64,000 bases of DNA from assembly GCA_964016885.1 (NCBI GenBank), contig OZ024748.1, forward strand, positions 10,168,001-10,232,000, written 5' to 3'. Origin of the DNA: Eledone cirrhosa. Its lineage: Eukaryota. The notes below the pieces were generated by a model. The model saw only the letters and a program-made list of their open reading frames with translations. It was not told the DNA's origin and did no database searches. Both the position numbers and the translations under genes were made by a program. Below are positions 13,775 through 27,396 of this stretch, piece by piece. Each line of letters begins with the position of its first letter. The first letter of the stretch is position 1.

Positions 13775-14100
13775 CGCAATCACCTCCACCGCCACCAAAG
13801 ACAACACTACTATCACCACCATCCTTACCACCACCACCAACAATACCAACAACAACACCATTACCCCCCCCGCCGCCGCCGCCGCCGCCACCAACAACAA
13901 CAATACCAACAACAACACCATCACTACAATCACCTCCACCACCAACCAACAACAACAACACCACAATCACCTCCACCGCCACCAAAGACAACACTGCTAA
14001 CACCACCATCATTACCAACAACAACAACAACAACAACAACAACACCACAATCACCTCCACCGCCACCAAAGACAACACTGCTAACACCACCATCATTACC

Positions 14101-14131
<31 letters not shown>

Positions 14132-14290
14132 CCATCACCACCAACCAACAACAACAACAACACCACAATCACCTCCACCGCCACCAAAGACAACACTGCT
14201 AACACCACCATCATTACCAACAACAACAACACCATCACCACCACCACCAACCAACAACAACAACAACACCACCACCATCAACACCATTTC
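13775..14290. repeat. (CAA)n/(CAC)n compound minisatellite with a repeated caatcacctccaccgccaccaaagacaacact unit
   Basis: 4-5 tandem copies with variable (aac)n length. Confidence 0.85.
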
Positions 14291-14629
14291 TAAAGGCCTT
14301 ATATGTGAGGGATTACCATTATGTTGTCAAGTATCAGACGCATTTCTATATATTAATTATTTGTCTATAAGATTAAGATTTGCTATATTTAATTTTTATA
14401 TATTTAATCTGTCGTTTAGAAACTAATTATAAAATATTTGATATTATCAAGATATAATACAGGGAATATACAAAAGCTAATTAGTTCTTTAAAGAAATTG
14501 AGGTAAGGAAAAGAAAATATTAGCGTAATGATTGAGATTCATGGGGGATAACTCAGGATATGTTTCTCTCGTATTAGGCCTTCTAAGAGAAGCATAGAAA
14601 TTGTTGTCCGTATTTGCTGAAGTATATAT

Positions 14630-14676
<47 letters not shown>

Positions 14677-14777
14677 CGAAGGAATTGTGGTAAGGAACCA
14701 GATGAACCATAACGCACCAGAGTACTCAATACTTAGGGAAGTAGAGTGGGTAATAGGAAAAAGGGGTCATACTTTTT

Positions 14778-14821
<44 letters not shown>

Positions 14822-14956
14822 TATATATATATATATATATATACACGTGAGTGTGAGTGCATAAATGACTATATATAAATATATAATTCGTACATGTATA
14901 TATATATATATATAAGAGAGTGTTGAAGTTTGCTTGAAGCATTGTGGAATAATAAA

Positions 14957-15320
14957 ATTGGTCGTTTTGGAAGCCTCAACAATGCAGGTGGGTAAATCTC
15001 CAGGCAACACAATCAGGTGGTGATGAGAGAGAAGCAAGAGGAAATGTAGAACGAGACGCATAGGATGTAGAGCAACGTAGGAAAGAGTGTAAAAATAATA
15101 ACACGAGATAGAGTTACCTTGGAAGTGATTTAATTGTCCCTATATTTCGGATTTCGCATCCATCAACAGGGGGTTTTCCGAAAATCCCCTGTTGATGGAT
15201 GCGAAATCCGAAATATAGGGACAATTAAATCACTTCCAAGGTAACTCTAGCTCTCTCATCACCACCTGATTCTGTTGCCCGGAGATTTACCCATCTGCAT
15301 TGTTGAGGCTTCCAAAACGA

Positions 15321-15325
<5 letters not shown>
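14957..15325. mobile_element. Nested fold-back element with a minimal hammerhead-like motif (15185-15221 +, mirror on -)
   Basis: Inner hairpin 15109-15249 (~70-bp arms); outer inverted repeats 14957-15031 / 15251-15325. Motif TCCC-CTGTTGA-T-GGAT gcgaa ATCC-GAAA-TATA-GGGA, with core position A6 replaced by U. Confidence 0.7.
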
Positions 15326-15381
<56 letters not shown>

Positions 15382-15524
15382 GTATAATATTACATATATA
15401 TTATATATAAGTATAATAAATATTATACATATATATATATACACACATATATATATACACACACACATATATATATACACACACAGACACACATATATAT
15501 ATATATACACACACACACATACAC

Positions 15525-15573
<49 letters not shown>

Positions 15574-15662
15574 CACACACACATATATATATACACACAC
15601 AGACACACATATATATATATATATACACACACACACATACACACATATACACACACACACAC

Positions 15663-15695
<33 letters not shown>

Positions 15696-15728
15696 CACAC
15701 ACATATATATACACACACACATATATAT

Positions 15729-15802
<74 letters not shown>

Positions 15803-16096
15803 TATATATATGTTGTTAGACTTATTTATGCAATATCAGCACTTTCATTAAATCTGTTTCTTCCCATTTCATCCCCACCCCGGGGCCTTGTGTTTCTCAA
15901 CAACATTCATTTCTTGACCTTCGCCTTTATCACCCCTCACCCTAATCCTCTTCAGCTGCCTCCCTTCCTATAACCCTTTATCTATATTGTTCACTGTGTT
16001 ATTGTTATTATTTTTCGGAAGTGATTATGGAATAAGGGATGAAGAAAATTACAGGAGTTTAACCCTTGTTTATAAATTATGTTGTTTTGTTTTTAT

Positions 16097-16142
<46 letters not shown>

Positions 16143-16175
16143 TATGTGTGTGTGTGTTTATGTACATATATGTAT

Positions 16176-16232
<57 letters not shown>

Positions 16233-17019
16233 ATATATATATATATATATATATATCTATATCTATATATATATCTATATATATATATATATATATCATA
16301 TATATAGATAAATTACTGCATAAGCTTCTTTATATAGCCATGAGCTTGAAGAAAGAGAAAAAAAGGGACTAGCTCTACCTTATTACAGTGAATTAAGGGA
16401 TTGGGGGCCAAAAGGAAAGAAAACGAGATAAACTTTGATAAATAGGTCTTATTTGGATAAAATATTTTTAAAACAAATACAAACACATACATACATACAC
16501 ACGCATACATACACATACATACACACGCATACATACACATACATACACACACATACATACACACATGCACCTACACATACATACACACGTACGTACCCAC
16601 ACATGCCCGTATACACGCACCTACACACATATAATGGAATATATGTTGGTACGACGTAATAATACTGTGATTTTGTTATTGATGTTGTTGTTGCTGTTAC
16701 TGTTATTGTTGTTGCTGCTGTTTTGTGCCTGAGTAATATTTCCTTGGGACCCAATATTCACTCTGTTGTCCGCCCATTGCCAGCAATTATTCCACGTGTC
16801 ACCAGGTGGCGGGGTTTCAGTCGCATAGAGGGCTGATCGATTGAAACTACGATATAAGAGTTCAAATTCCTGTCCAGGTCGACTTTGCCCTTCCCCATCA
16901 TCAAACCCGGCTACCCATGCACCTATGCATGTGCTCTTTGTCTATAAAAGAATGGCAATATACTAATCAAAGTTTCCTTAGGGTACCACAACGAGGGTTA
17001 GTTTGCAGACTTCAGGAAA

Positions 17020-18150
17020 TTGTCTAACCTTGACATCCCCAAGAAACGAACTTCACTACATAACTCAGGTTTGTACCGAGATGACGTGCTAATGGTTTTA
17101 TGTAATATGGACAACCACTCTATGGATATATTTGATCTCATCTGATAAATGTATCAAGTAGTTTGGCTTAGATGTAACTCTCTCCTATAATCTAATGATT
17201 TGATAAGTATATAAACAAAACTCTCCACTAACCTAATGGTAGCTAAGTTCCTAGATATTACACTAGATCTTAAGACAAGTAAACGGTACCTCAATGAAAG
17301 GCCAACTGAGGAGCTGATATATATCCATAGGAACTACAACCACATTCGGCAATATTTAGGAACCTAGGAGCAGATGTAAGTCTTCTGTTTATGCTCCAAA
17401 AGAGAAATATTCAACAGGGCAGCACCCCACTATAATGAAGTAATAACCAGGAGTGGTTTCAGCAAGAAATTGATCCACATGTAGAGAACCGCATTAGATG
17501 TGAAAAGAACTAAGCAGTGCAAAGTTACCTGGTTTAATCCACCTCTTAATTTAGAGGTCGTTGCACATATTGCTAGGAACTTTCTATCTTTCGTTAAGCA
17601 CTATTACTTCACAACTACTCATAAATACTTAAATCTTTTCAATACACATAATGTTAACGCTAGTTATTCTTGCCTTGACAACATTGCTGCCAACTTGGCA
17701 CAACACAACAAAAAAAAAACACACACATGCATAGTATACAATCCAACAACTTACTTGCAATTACTGAATTGAACCACATGTTTCATAGCAATACGTTATT
17801 TTACCATAGATATTGTATACAGAACAACACACACAACATCAAGTGTTATTCAAAGGAACTATACGGGGCTCACTGCAACCGACTTCAAAAGATGCTATAG
17901 TCAACATATAAACTCTTTTATATTTATAGACAGGGGAACTCCATTGCCTTGTCTCGTTTTCATTTGAGTCCTAAAAAAATCAAGGATATGACTGCCTTAT
18001 TGTAACCTGAAGCGACCTTTTATACACCATAGGATCGCGGATGTATCCACTCTGCATATCTGAAAATCTACACATCCTAAAACAACAGGAAATATGAAAT
18101 GTTTTTCTACAGCCTTCACAGATGAATCTTCGTCTTAGCCCAGTTAACCC
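17020..18150 (+). mobile_element. Decayed Penelope-like retroelement (RT plus GIY-YIG endonuclease), multiple stops and frameshifts
   Basis: GLYRDDVL (17068), KFLDITLDL, YIHRNYNH, VTWFNPP, SYSCLDNI, DIVYR and YTGLTATDFKRCYSQH occur in the order expected for a PLE ORF. Confidence 0.85.
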
Positions 18151-18384
18151 CAGAAATAACACATGTATGTATGTGTGCATGCATGTGCATATGTACATAT
18201 GCATATGCATGTGTATGTATGTGTGCATCTGTATGTGCATATTTACCAAGTAAAAATAATATAATTCAGCTCAGCTCATATACATACATACATACATACA
18301 CATACATGAACGCACATTTATATATGTGTGTGTGTGTGTGTGCGTGCGTATGTGTATATGTATGTGTGTGTGCATGTGCGCAAG

Positions 18385-18467
<83 letters not shown>

Positions 18468-19744
18468 ATGTGTGTATGCGTGTATGCGTGTATGTGTGTG
18501 TATGTATGTATGTGTGTGTGTGTGGGGGGGGGGGTATGTATGTGTGTGTATATGCATACGTGTGTGTATGCACGTATTCATATGAGTGTGTGATGCTTTC
18601 TTTCCCAGATATTAACTCTAAAGACCGTGGGAAACATCTAGAACAAAATATACAACAAAAGCAACAATAACAACAACAATAATCTGTTCATTATTTGCCA
18701 CCAGGACCCATTTTACACAATACAAAATATGTCATAAACGGGATTTACAAGACCTGTGAAGGATGTATGTATGTATGTATGTACGTATGTACGTACGTAT
18801 GTATGTATGTACGTACGTACGTATGTATGTATGTATGTATGTATGTATGTATGTATGTACGTATGTATGTATGTATGTACGTATGTATGTATGTATGTAT
18901 GTATGTACGTATGTATGTGTACACATGTATGTATACACATGTATCATATATATTTATATTATATTATATTATATGATATTATATAATTGTTTCTATTTTT
19001 GGCACAAGGCCAGCAATTATCCCAGTACATTACTGGTACTTTATTCTAGCGACCCCGTAAGGATGAAAGGCAAAGTTAACCTCGGCGGGATTTGAACTCA
19101 GAACGTAAAAGGCCATAACTCTATGCTGCAAAGCATGGTGTCCGACGCTCTACCGATACTGCCAATCCACCACAATATGTTATAATATATATTATAATGT
19201 TATATATCATATAATTGTTTCTACTTTTGGCACAAGGCCAGCAATTATCCCAGTACATTACTGGTACTTTATTTGATCGACCCCGTAAGGATGAAAGGCA
19301 AAGTTAATAACATTATAATATATTATACATAAACGACGTTTTATTAAAATTGAATGTATTTTTCTTTTAAAATAATTTTTTGGGGGACCTTGAAAGACTA
19401 AACCCGGCCCTGTTCCTTCCGAATCATCAGTATGTCCTCGTTAGGTCATGTTGGATGAAGAGGGGTTGTCATTTCGGATCGGGTCATTTTTTATTTTTAA
19501 CATCCCATAGGTCCGTGTGCCTCATCGCGTGAAATCCCCAACTTCGAGACTGCTTTCTGACCGGGAGCCCTATTTTTGTCCGCTCCCATTTTCCATACAC
19601 CGACTAGAACTTCCTTTAAGTATTCTTTTGAGGGCACACTGAAAATACCCTCAACTTATCCATAGGCAGGTGTATGTTATTTTCTTTCTTGTCTTGTCTT
19701 TGATAAAATTGTCAAACAAGGAAGCAAATATATGATACTTTGTG

Positions 19745-19981
<237 letters not shown>

Positions 19982-19995
19982 GGTTAAAAAGTGAG

Positions 19996-20045
19996 TCTTG
20001 TTACTCTGGAGTTTCGCCTGTTTATCACAGGGTCATCAGACAAGA
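19996..20045 (-). ncRNA. Type I hammerhead ribozyme; left arm of a 53-bp inverted repeat (19993-20100)
   Basis: Minus strand reads TCTTGT-CTGATGA-C-CCTG tgataaa CAGG-C-GAAA-CTC ca GAG-TA^ACAAGA: 6-bp stem I, intact core, GUA cleavage triplet. The plus-strand twin has GAAA changed to AAAA. Confidence 0.8.
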
Positions 20046-20447
20046 ACTCTTGACTGATGAACCTGTGATAAACAGGCAAAACTCCAGAGTAAGAAGACTC
20101 CGATAAAGCAGAAATAAGGGTTTCTTATATAGGCACAAGGCCAGCAATTTTGGTGGGGGGGTCGATTAAATCGACCCCAGTGCGTGACTGGTACTTTATT
20201 TTATCGACACTGTAATGATGAAAGGCAAAGTTAATATCGGCGGGATTTTAACTCAGAACTTAAAGGGCCATAACACTATGCTGCAAAGAATGTTGTCTGA
20301 AACAACAACAACAACCAGGCCGAATTAATCTCAGCCCTCGTTCCTTATTTTTGTTAATCTTCCAACAATTTAAAGTGTACGTGTTGAGACATCTCACGTG
20401 AATGTCGTAGTGGCGTGTCACATCGGATCACAGCTTACTTTTGTGAT

Positions 20448-20497
<50 letters not shown>

Positions 20498-20593
20498 CAC
20501 ATAACCATACACACATACTTATACACACATATACATACTCGAATACACACACACACACACACATATTTGTGTATGTATGGGCGTGTGAGTGTG

Positions 20594-20643
<50 letters not shown>

Positions 20644-20811
20644 AACAAACATACATACATGCACGCATGCATACATACGTTTGTTTGCGTGTATATTGGT
20701 GTGCATATATGCATATATGCATATACACATATACACATATATGTGTATATGTGTATGTATGTATTACTGCCATTTCGTTGATGATAATGCTGTAATTAAA
20801 CAAACAAACAA

Positions 20812-20924
20812 AATAAAAATAAAAATAAAAATAAAAATAAAAATAAAAATAAAAATAAAAATAAAAATAAAAATAAAAATAAAAATAAAAATAAAAATAA
20901 AAATAAAAATAAAAATAAAAATAA
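20812..20924. repeat. (AAAATA)n hexanucleotide microsatellite
   Basis: About 18-19 perfect units. Confidence 0.95.
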
Positions 20925-21189
20925 ACGCGAACCTTCCTTACCTACGACAACTAAGTCGACCGATCGAAAGGACCCCGCACCGCCTTTATTTCTCTTTCAA
21001 CGGGTTGAATCTATCACCACCTACGAAGAGGAGCTCGAGTACATTTCTCTAGCTTCTTCTTTTTCTTCAGTTTACTTTTGCAAAGCCCCATTCCTCCCTG
21101 TTTTAAAGAGAGGCGCATTGCGCTGAAACCAAACAGTGCTGGAGAATCAGATACCCATTAGATTTAACCTCCATCATTTGTCCTTAACT

Positions 21190-21241
21190 ATGTATCTACT
21201 GGAATACATACAGCCCCTTCTCATGATGACCTTCATCTACT
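21190..21241 (+). CDS. Probable first (signal-peptide) exon of the EGF-ZP gene
   Basis: ATG..MYLLEYIQPLLMMTFIY followed by a phase-1 GTAAGT donor that joins in frame to the phase-1 acceptor at 31272 (..[12 protein letters not shown]). TTTAAA (~21103) with ACAGT ~30 nt later resembles TATA/Inr. Not confirmed by transcript data. Confidence 0.5.
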
Positions 21242-21432
21242 GTAAGTAACAACAATCTCTTCATACCAATTCTGTACCAATTCTGATTTTACAATTTTTT
21301 TAAATTTTTTTAGGGCTTTAAATTATTTTGGTTCTTTTTGGTTATTATTGCTTTCCATCCCTTTTGCTGAGGATAAAAACGTACTAGGGGTGATTCTTCA
21401 TCTCTATCTATCTATCTATCTATCTATCTATC

Positions 21433-22030
21433 ACTGACCTGTGGGGCTATGTAGAACGACTATTGTCGCGGGTGGGACCAATCCAGTTGACCACCGAGTC
21501 CATTGTCATGATCAAACCGCCACCCTCCTTCAAAAACGAAGGAGAGGCGGTTTTCCTTTGTGTGATAGCTATGGCGAAAGAGGTTGTATGGTGGACAAGG
21601 TTGAAAGGGCTGAAGTCAGACACCTTTCTCTCCGGCCAACAACTGATTCTTTTTTTCAAATACCACTTTGGAAGAAGAATCAGGATGGAGAGAGAGGTGC
21701 TGTACCCCAGCAAGTTTTATGAAAGGTGGGTGAAAGTGGCGAGAATGGCCCGAGTGAATGGGCCTTCTCTCTATATCAGCCTGTAGGTTGAGGAAAAGGA
21801 GGAGGAGAGGAAAGGAGTACAAGCTCTTCGTACTCCTGGAGATGAGGGTTGCACATTTTTTTCGGGGGTCTGTGTTACCCATATAAACTGTCTCCCTCTA
21901 TTGGGGAAAATCGACTAACTTTTAAATTCCATCTGTGATAACATTTTACACGTTTTTATTGTATGTAAACTTCCCCCTTTGTATTTGTCCCCTTCTTTTG
22001 TGCCCCTGTGGCTAATAAAGAAATATATCT
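21433..22030 (+). mobile_element. Tx1/L1-clade LINE 3' end flanked by (TATC)n on both sides
   Basis: ORF 21463-21786 is homologous to 8874-9197; (tatc)n precedes 21433 and follows gctaataaagaaa. Confidence 0.85.
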
Positions 22031-22058
22031 ATCTATCTATCTCTATCCATCCATCCAT

Positions 22059-22116
<58 letters not shown>

Positions 22117-22203
22117 ATATATATATATATATACACACACAGAGATATCCACAGTAAGTTGTGGGGTCTAGTCTGCATGAAGACTCATTGTTTTAACTTA
22201 TAT

Positions 22204-23328
22204 ATCATCATCATTATCATCTTCGTTTAACGTCCATTTTCCACGCTAACATGGGTTAGACGGGAGTTGTCCCAATTTGAGTCAAGGTTGGTCTGGCAGG
22301 TTTTCTACGGCTGGATGCCCTTCCTAACACCAACCACATTTACAGTGTGGAACTGGTAACTTTTTACCGTGTTACCTACACGACCACATTACAGCGTGGC
22401 CTGTATGTTTTTTGTCGTGACACCTACACGATCTCGATCTCATTATCTCATTTATTTGGACTGGATGTTGTGGTACCAACTTTACAGAGAGAGGGTGGTG
22501 TTGGTGGGAGTGGGAGGATAGGGTAGGGGTAGTGGATTGTGGTGTATATTTGGTTAAGAGGTGCCTACTAACTGTAGGTTTCGCTTTGTACATAGGCAAG
22601 GCGGGTCTTCTATATTACTGCGTAGCGCCAAAGATCTCGATCCAGCGACATTGTCTTAAAGAGGTGCAAGTGTGTAAGGTCGGAATTTATCAGATCGTCC
22701 CAGGTTTTTCTGGGTCTACCTACTCCGTAACTACCATCAATTTTGATTGCCCTGCACTTTTTTATACAGCTGTCGTCTTTCATGCGCATCACGTGGCCAT
22801 ACCAACGTAGTCTTCTCTCAAGTAAACAGCATCTGATCCCTCTTATTCCTAATTTCTCACTTAGTTCATTTATGCTTTGCCGTTCACGTATATTACTATT
22901 ACACATCCAACGGAGCATGCATGCTTCGTTCCTTTCCAGTCTGCGCAGGTCTTCTGCACGTAATGCCCATGTCTCACTGCCATGTAGCATTGCTGTTCGT
23001 ATATAAGCATCATACAATCTGCCTTTCATTTTTAGAGAGAAACCTTTTGTGGCCAACAGCGGTATAAGCTCTCTGAACTTTTTCCATCCCCTTCTGACTC
23101 TGGCTACTGTACTTTCAGAACACCCTCCACTGCTGATTTCGTCACCCAGGTAACGGAAAGTGTCTACTATTTCTATAGAACCATCTGGGCAATGGAAGGA
23201 GCTAGTATCCTGTGGACACTTGCTACTTATTGCACCTGAGCATCGGCCACATATAAAGTCTACGTTCTTAGATAGTTTACCTGTGATCCCACTACATCTT
23301 TTATGTACCCATACTTTACATTTGGGAC

Positions 23329-23332
<4 letters not shown>
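22204..23332 (-). mobile_element. 5'-truncated RTE-clade LINE: ORF end (open 23332-22610) with a PHD-like Cys/His finger, 3' UTR and (GAT)n tail
   Basis: [69 protein letters not shown]. Confidence 0.9.
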
Positions 23333-23409
<77 letters not shown>

Positions 23410-23798
23410 CTATCCATCTATCTATCCATCTCTCTATCTATATCTATCTCTATCTCTATTTATCTATCTATCTATCTCTTTGGTCAGCCCTGGAAAAGGA
23501 TGGGTTCCATCAGCTTTAAACTGTCCAAGACACATGTGTCAAAATGGCGTCCTTACAACTCCATCAAAAGTTAAGGGATTCTTTATCTTTAGCTGTAATC
23601 TGACGACCATAAGTATTGCATCTAACCATTTTATTTTCACCAACGAAATACCCACTTCACCAACTTTACACTGTTCCTCATCCAAAACACCGAGATCAAT
23701 TTTACCTTCCATCATTTTAAGGTCGCCAAAATAAGTACCAGTCTAGTATTGGGGTCGATTCTTCCTCTATATCTCTTTCTCATTTCCCCTCTCTTTCT

Positions 23799-23862
<64 letters not shown>

Positions 23863-23874
23863 CTTCTCTAGAAC

Positions 23875-23990
23875 AAATCGGCTGTGTTCAGACCTGGAGC
23901 CGTGATGAGCTCTGTCATGTTTGAAATGCCCAAACTCCTTAAAGCATCTCACGAGGGCGTCCCTACGACTCCCATCAGGAGTTATAAGTC
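23875..23990 (+). repeat. Unclassified dispersed repeat; copies at ~58425-58545 (+) and ~59365-59490 (-)
   Basis: Shared aaatc.gctgt.ttcag.cctgga..gatgagct..aaatgccc..ccctacgactccc..ggagtta. Confidence 0.6.
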
Positions 23991-24910
23991 TATACATACA
24001 ATAAATACATCTTAAGTTATTAGATGAATGTCACTTAACAATATAAAATGAAATGGATCACCGGTTTCAACGACGAGTCTTCCAGTTGTTCGACTAATAT
24101 ATCGGCCAGGTTCTGAAATTAATGTGTAGAACGGTCGTATATTCTACAGACACGTGTATCCTTAACGTAATTCTCAGGGAGATTCAACGTGAAACAGATA
24201 CAGTCCATCCAACAGGCTTCCAAACAGTTTCTATCTATTCAATGTTATTCACAAGGCATTGGTCGACTCGAGGGTGTAGTAAATGATATTTGTCCAAAAT
24301 GACATTTGTCAAAGAATTATACGTACCAAACATCGGTCTAATAATGGAAAAGTTTACATTAGTAAATCCGCTTAAATTCTTGATTATTTTCAAAATCATT
24401 TGTAAATCATAAGCTGTATTTTTTATTTTTTATTTTTTATTAGCTATTTGATAACAGAAGGGTTAAGGTGTTTATATTTATCTAGAAACCTCATAGCATA
24501 TATTTACGTAAGAATTTTTTGTTAATATACGTTCTAAACACTTTCAAAATTAATTGAGAATAATAAGCAGTGTCTTTCATTAGGAATATAGTAACAAATG
24601 TGTTAAAATGTTTATATTTATCTAAAAAATCTCCTAGCATATATTTATGTAAGAACCTTTCGTTAAACACTTTAAGATTGCATACCACGGAAAAACCATT
24701 TATGTTTTAAACATATTAATATGTAAGTCAACTAGGAACGTTTTACATATTAATATCATCATCATCATTATCATTATCATCATCATCACCATCATCATCA
24801 TCATTATCATCATCGTCATAATCATCATCATCATCATTATTATTACCCTGTTGATGTATTTGCAGAAGGAAATGTATATAATTTCCATATATATATACAT
24901 ATATAAATAC

Positions 24911-24943
<33 letters not shown>

Positions 24944-25021
24944 GCTATACATATATATATATATCAATGTCTATATTTATTGTATAGTAAATCATTTAAA
25001 TTTTTTTTTGTTTCATTATAG

Positions 25022-25152
<131 letters not shown>

Positions 25153-25924
25153 CACTTGATATGGCGGAGTGTGGGAGGGGGCACTGAGTATTAATTAGTA
25201 TCAGGAATAATTATTAAAGATTCAATTGTCATTTTTGTTATTCCAGCAGGTGAATATATCGATCTGTGTGATAATGTTCTACAGGACATTTTGAATTGAC
25301 ATTTTCTAAGACGAAACAATTGGTGGAGAGAGAGAGATAGAGAGAGAGAGGGGGTAGGGGGGAGTTTAATTTAAGAATTTTAAAAAGCCAAAATACATTT
25401 AGACAAAGCCGTGTTCGATTTTCTGGCTGAAATATTAAAGGGGTATTAATGTTTGTTTTAAAATTAATTTGAAAGGGTTTTCACAGATAGCAAAGCTGAC
25501 ATTTATATTTTGGATGTGAGCTCAAGTAAACTTCATAATTTTTCATTTGATATGATAATTAAAATTTTGAAATATTAAATATATTTGGACAAAGTCGTGA
25601 CTGATTTTCTGACTAAAATATTAAAGGTATATTTATGTGGGTTCTATCTAAGTTTGAAATGGATTGCTGTTAAGCCTTGCATCATGTTCACACCTTTACA
25701 TGTATTAATGCAATTTTATTTTGTAATGTCGTTAGAAATGTTTGAAGTAGAAAAGTGTATGCAGTTGATGTCAGCTACCGATGTAGGGATATTCTCAGCA
25801 ATAGAAAGTTTAATAGTTATTTATCAAGGTCATATCAGTAATTGATAAACTAATACATTACTTAAAGTTGTGCGAGTGTATGAAACTTTAGGTACTGGAA
25901 TAACGGATCGTTAGCTATTTTATG

Positions 25925-25960
<36 letters not shown>

Positions 25961-26160
25961 CTGGAGATGAGGGTTGCACATTTTTTCGGGGGTATGTATT
26001 ACCCATATAAAATGTCTCCCCTATTGGGGAAAATCGATTAATTTTTAAATTTCATTTGTGATAGTATTTTACACGTTTTTATTGTATGTAAACTTCCCCC
26101 TTTGTATTTGTCCCCTTCTTTTGTTCCCCTGTGGCTAATAAAGAGACATCTATCTATCTA
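25961..26160 (+). mobile_element. Short Tx1/L1-clade 3' end within (TATC)n
   Basis: Matches 21835-22025; perfect (tatc)n immediately on both sides. Confidence 0.85.
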
Positions 26161-26208
26161 TCTAAATATCTGCCTAAATACACACAAATATATATATGTG
26201 TGTGTATT

Positions 26209-26290
26209 CAGGGAGTCCCAAAAAAAGAAAAATGTATACACACTTCAATAACATTCTAATAAATATGTGTATACATTTATGGGGGACACC

Positions 26291-26295
<5 letters not shown>
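26209..26295. mobile_element. Small Tc1/mariner MITE (CAGGG.GTCCC termini); relatives at 248-300 and 56035-56120
   Basis: cagggagtccca..aatgtatacaca ... tgtgtatacattt..ggggacaccctg-TA. Confidence 0.7.
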
Positions 26296-26355
<60 letters not shown>

Positions 26356-26449
26356 CCATACCATTTACTGGAGGCTCAACTATTTCATCTGTGCACTTAA
26401 ACGTGTGTGTGTATATTTGTGTGTGTTTACACACACAAATATATTGATC

Positions 26450-26483
<34 letters not shown>

Positions 26484-26908
26484 AATACACATACATACAT
26501 ACATACACACATACATACATACATACACACATACGTGCATACATGCATACATGCATACATACATACATACACACACATACATACATACATACATACATAC
26601 ATACATACATACATACATACATACATACATACATACATACATACATACATACATACATACATACATACAATAGCATACAGTTCAACGCTCTATCAACGCC
26701 CATGTAAGTCTGTCTACATGAAACCATTACATTTACAAAGCTAACGGCAGAAAGATTAAAGCAGTTTTAAGTTAAAGCTGAAGCCATCTTATTTCAACCT
26801 AATATAAAAAGGAGATAAGACAAACAATATATATAAGAAAACTACACAGACATTCTAAGAGATCGTAGTAGTACCTGCAGGGTATGTGTCGTCGGAAACC
26901 CTTTCATG

Positions 26909-27017
<109 letters not shown>

Positions 27018-27044
27018 ATATATATATACATATATGTGTATATA

Positions 27045-27217
<173 letters not shown>

Positions 27218-27260
27218 GTATGCATATATATATGTATATATGTATATACATATATGTATA

Positions 27261-27299
<39 letters not shown>

Positions 27300-27356
27300 A
27301 TATATATATGTGTATATATATATACATATACATATATGTATATATATGTGTGTCTC

Positions 27357-27396
<40 letters not shown>

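Noticed and set aside
13759-14202. Mucin-like Pro/Thr/Asn ORF
   Set aside because: Trinucleotide compound repeat; no convincing start, signal peptide or splice sites.
25225-25260. Possible 3-nt micro-exon (ttccag|CAG|gtgaat) in EGF-ZP intron 1
   Set aside because: The donor is weak and the exon is not needed for frame; it cannot be supported without transcripts.
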